This document shows, in pieces, positions 15,702 through 16,006 of a DNA stretch of 16,006 nt. Below the pieces are notes generated by a model. It was not told the DNA's origin. It saw only the letters and a program-made list of their open reading frames with translations, and did no database searches. The translations under genes and the position numbers were made by a program. Every line of letters begins with the position of its first letter. Position 1 is the first letter of the stretch. Source of the stretch: Candidatus Hydrogenedentota bacterium (lineage in GTDB: Bacteria; Hydrogenedentota; Hydrogenedentia; Hydrogenedentales; GCA-2746185); assembly GCA_046583315.1 (NCBI GenBank), contig JAYGCN010000025.1:1-16006 (forward strand), written 5' to 3'.

Positions 15702-16006
15702 AAATAGCGATTCCCACGGCTGATTACCCGCCCATTGAAGGGGGAATCTCGTCCGTGAGTCTTCATCTTTCCCGTGCCTTGGCAGCTCTCGGTCATGAAG
15801 TCACCGTAATCGCGCCGTGGTTTCCCGACATGAAATCCTTCGATCACGACGAGCCGGTGGAAGTACTCCGGTTTCGCGGCTACGGATTATCCTGGTTCCG
15901 TTTCTTCCCCATGTTTCGAGCCGCCCTTTCCCCCATGCACCGCGCGGATCTCGTGCTCGCGATCAATATTTCCTACGGTGGCATCATGGCCTGGCTCATG
16001 GGTGCG
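15698..16006 (+). CDS. Glycosyltransferase family 4 (GT-B), N-terminal part; runs off the right edge
   Basis: Translated by hand. ATG 15698 overlaps the carbamoyltransferase stop (ATGA): MKIAIPTADYPPIEGGISSVSLHLSRALAALGHEVTVIAP, a typical GT4 N-terminus, open to the window end. Confidence 0.85.
   Translation, partial: MKIAIPTADYPPIEGGISSVSLHLSRALAALGHEVTVIAPWFPDMKSFDHDEPVEVLRFRGYGLSWFRFFPMFRAALSPMHRADLVLAINISYGGIMAWLMGA

Noticed and set aside
1..16006. CRISPR array, IS element, prophage, tRNA/rRNA or defence system
   Set aside because: No repeat-spacer periodicity, transposase/integrase motifs or structural RNA signatures were seen.

Overview
Gene-dense bacterial window of mostly catabolic and housekeeping genes; no rRNA, tRNA, CRISPR array or transposase is visible. 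Left to right: a secreted Fes/enterochelin-esterase-like gene (minus strand, cut by the left edge, absent from the ORF track) divergent from a secreted penicillin/cephalosporin-acylase-family Ntn hydrolase, then a POT peptide transporter. Next come an alpha/beta hydrolase and an acyl-CoA dehydrogenase with Asp at the usual catalytic Glu position, divergent from a class III aminotransferase resembling the aminopolyol (fumonisin) transaminase FumI, with a perfect 15-bp palindrome between them. These are followed by a TlpA-like thioredoxin, a DUF1611 + enolase-superfamily epimerase pair (DgcN/DgcA-like), a sulfatase remnant, a B-box-like zinc-finger + TPR-like + rlmB operon, a NodU/CmcH carbamoyltransferase broken by three indels, and the start of a GT4 glycosyltransferase. 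The best candidate for an undescribed system is the 1-8.2 kb block, a possible catabolic island for N-acylated or amino-lipid compounds. That is a hypothesis from gene content. All family calls come from motif recognition, not database searches.
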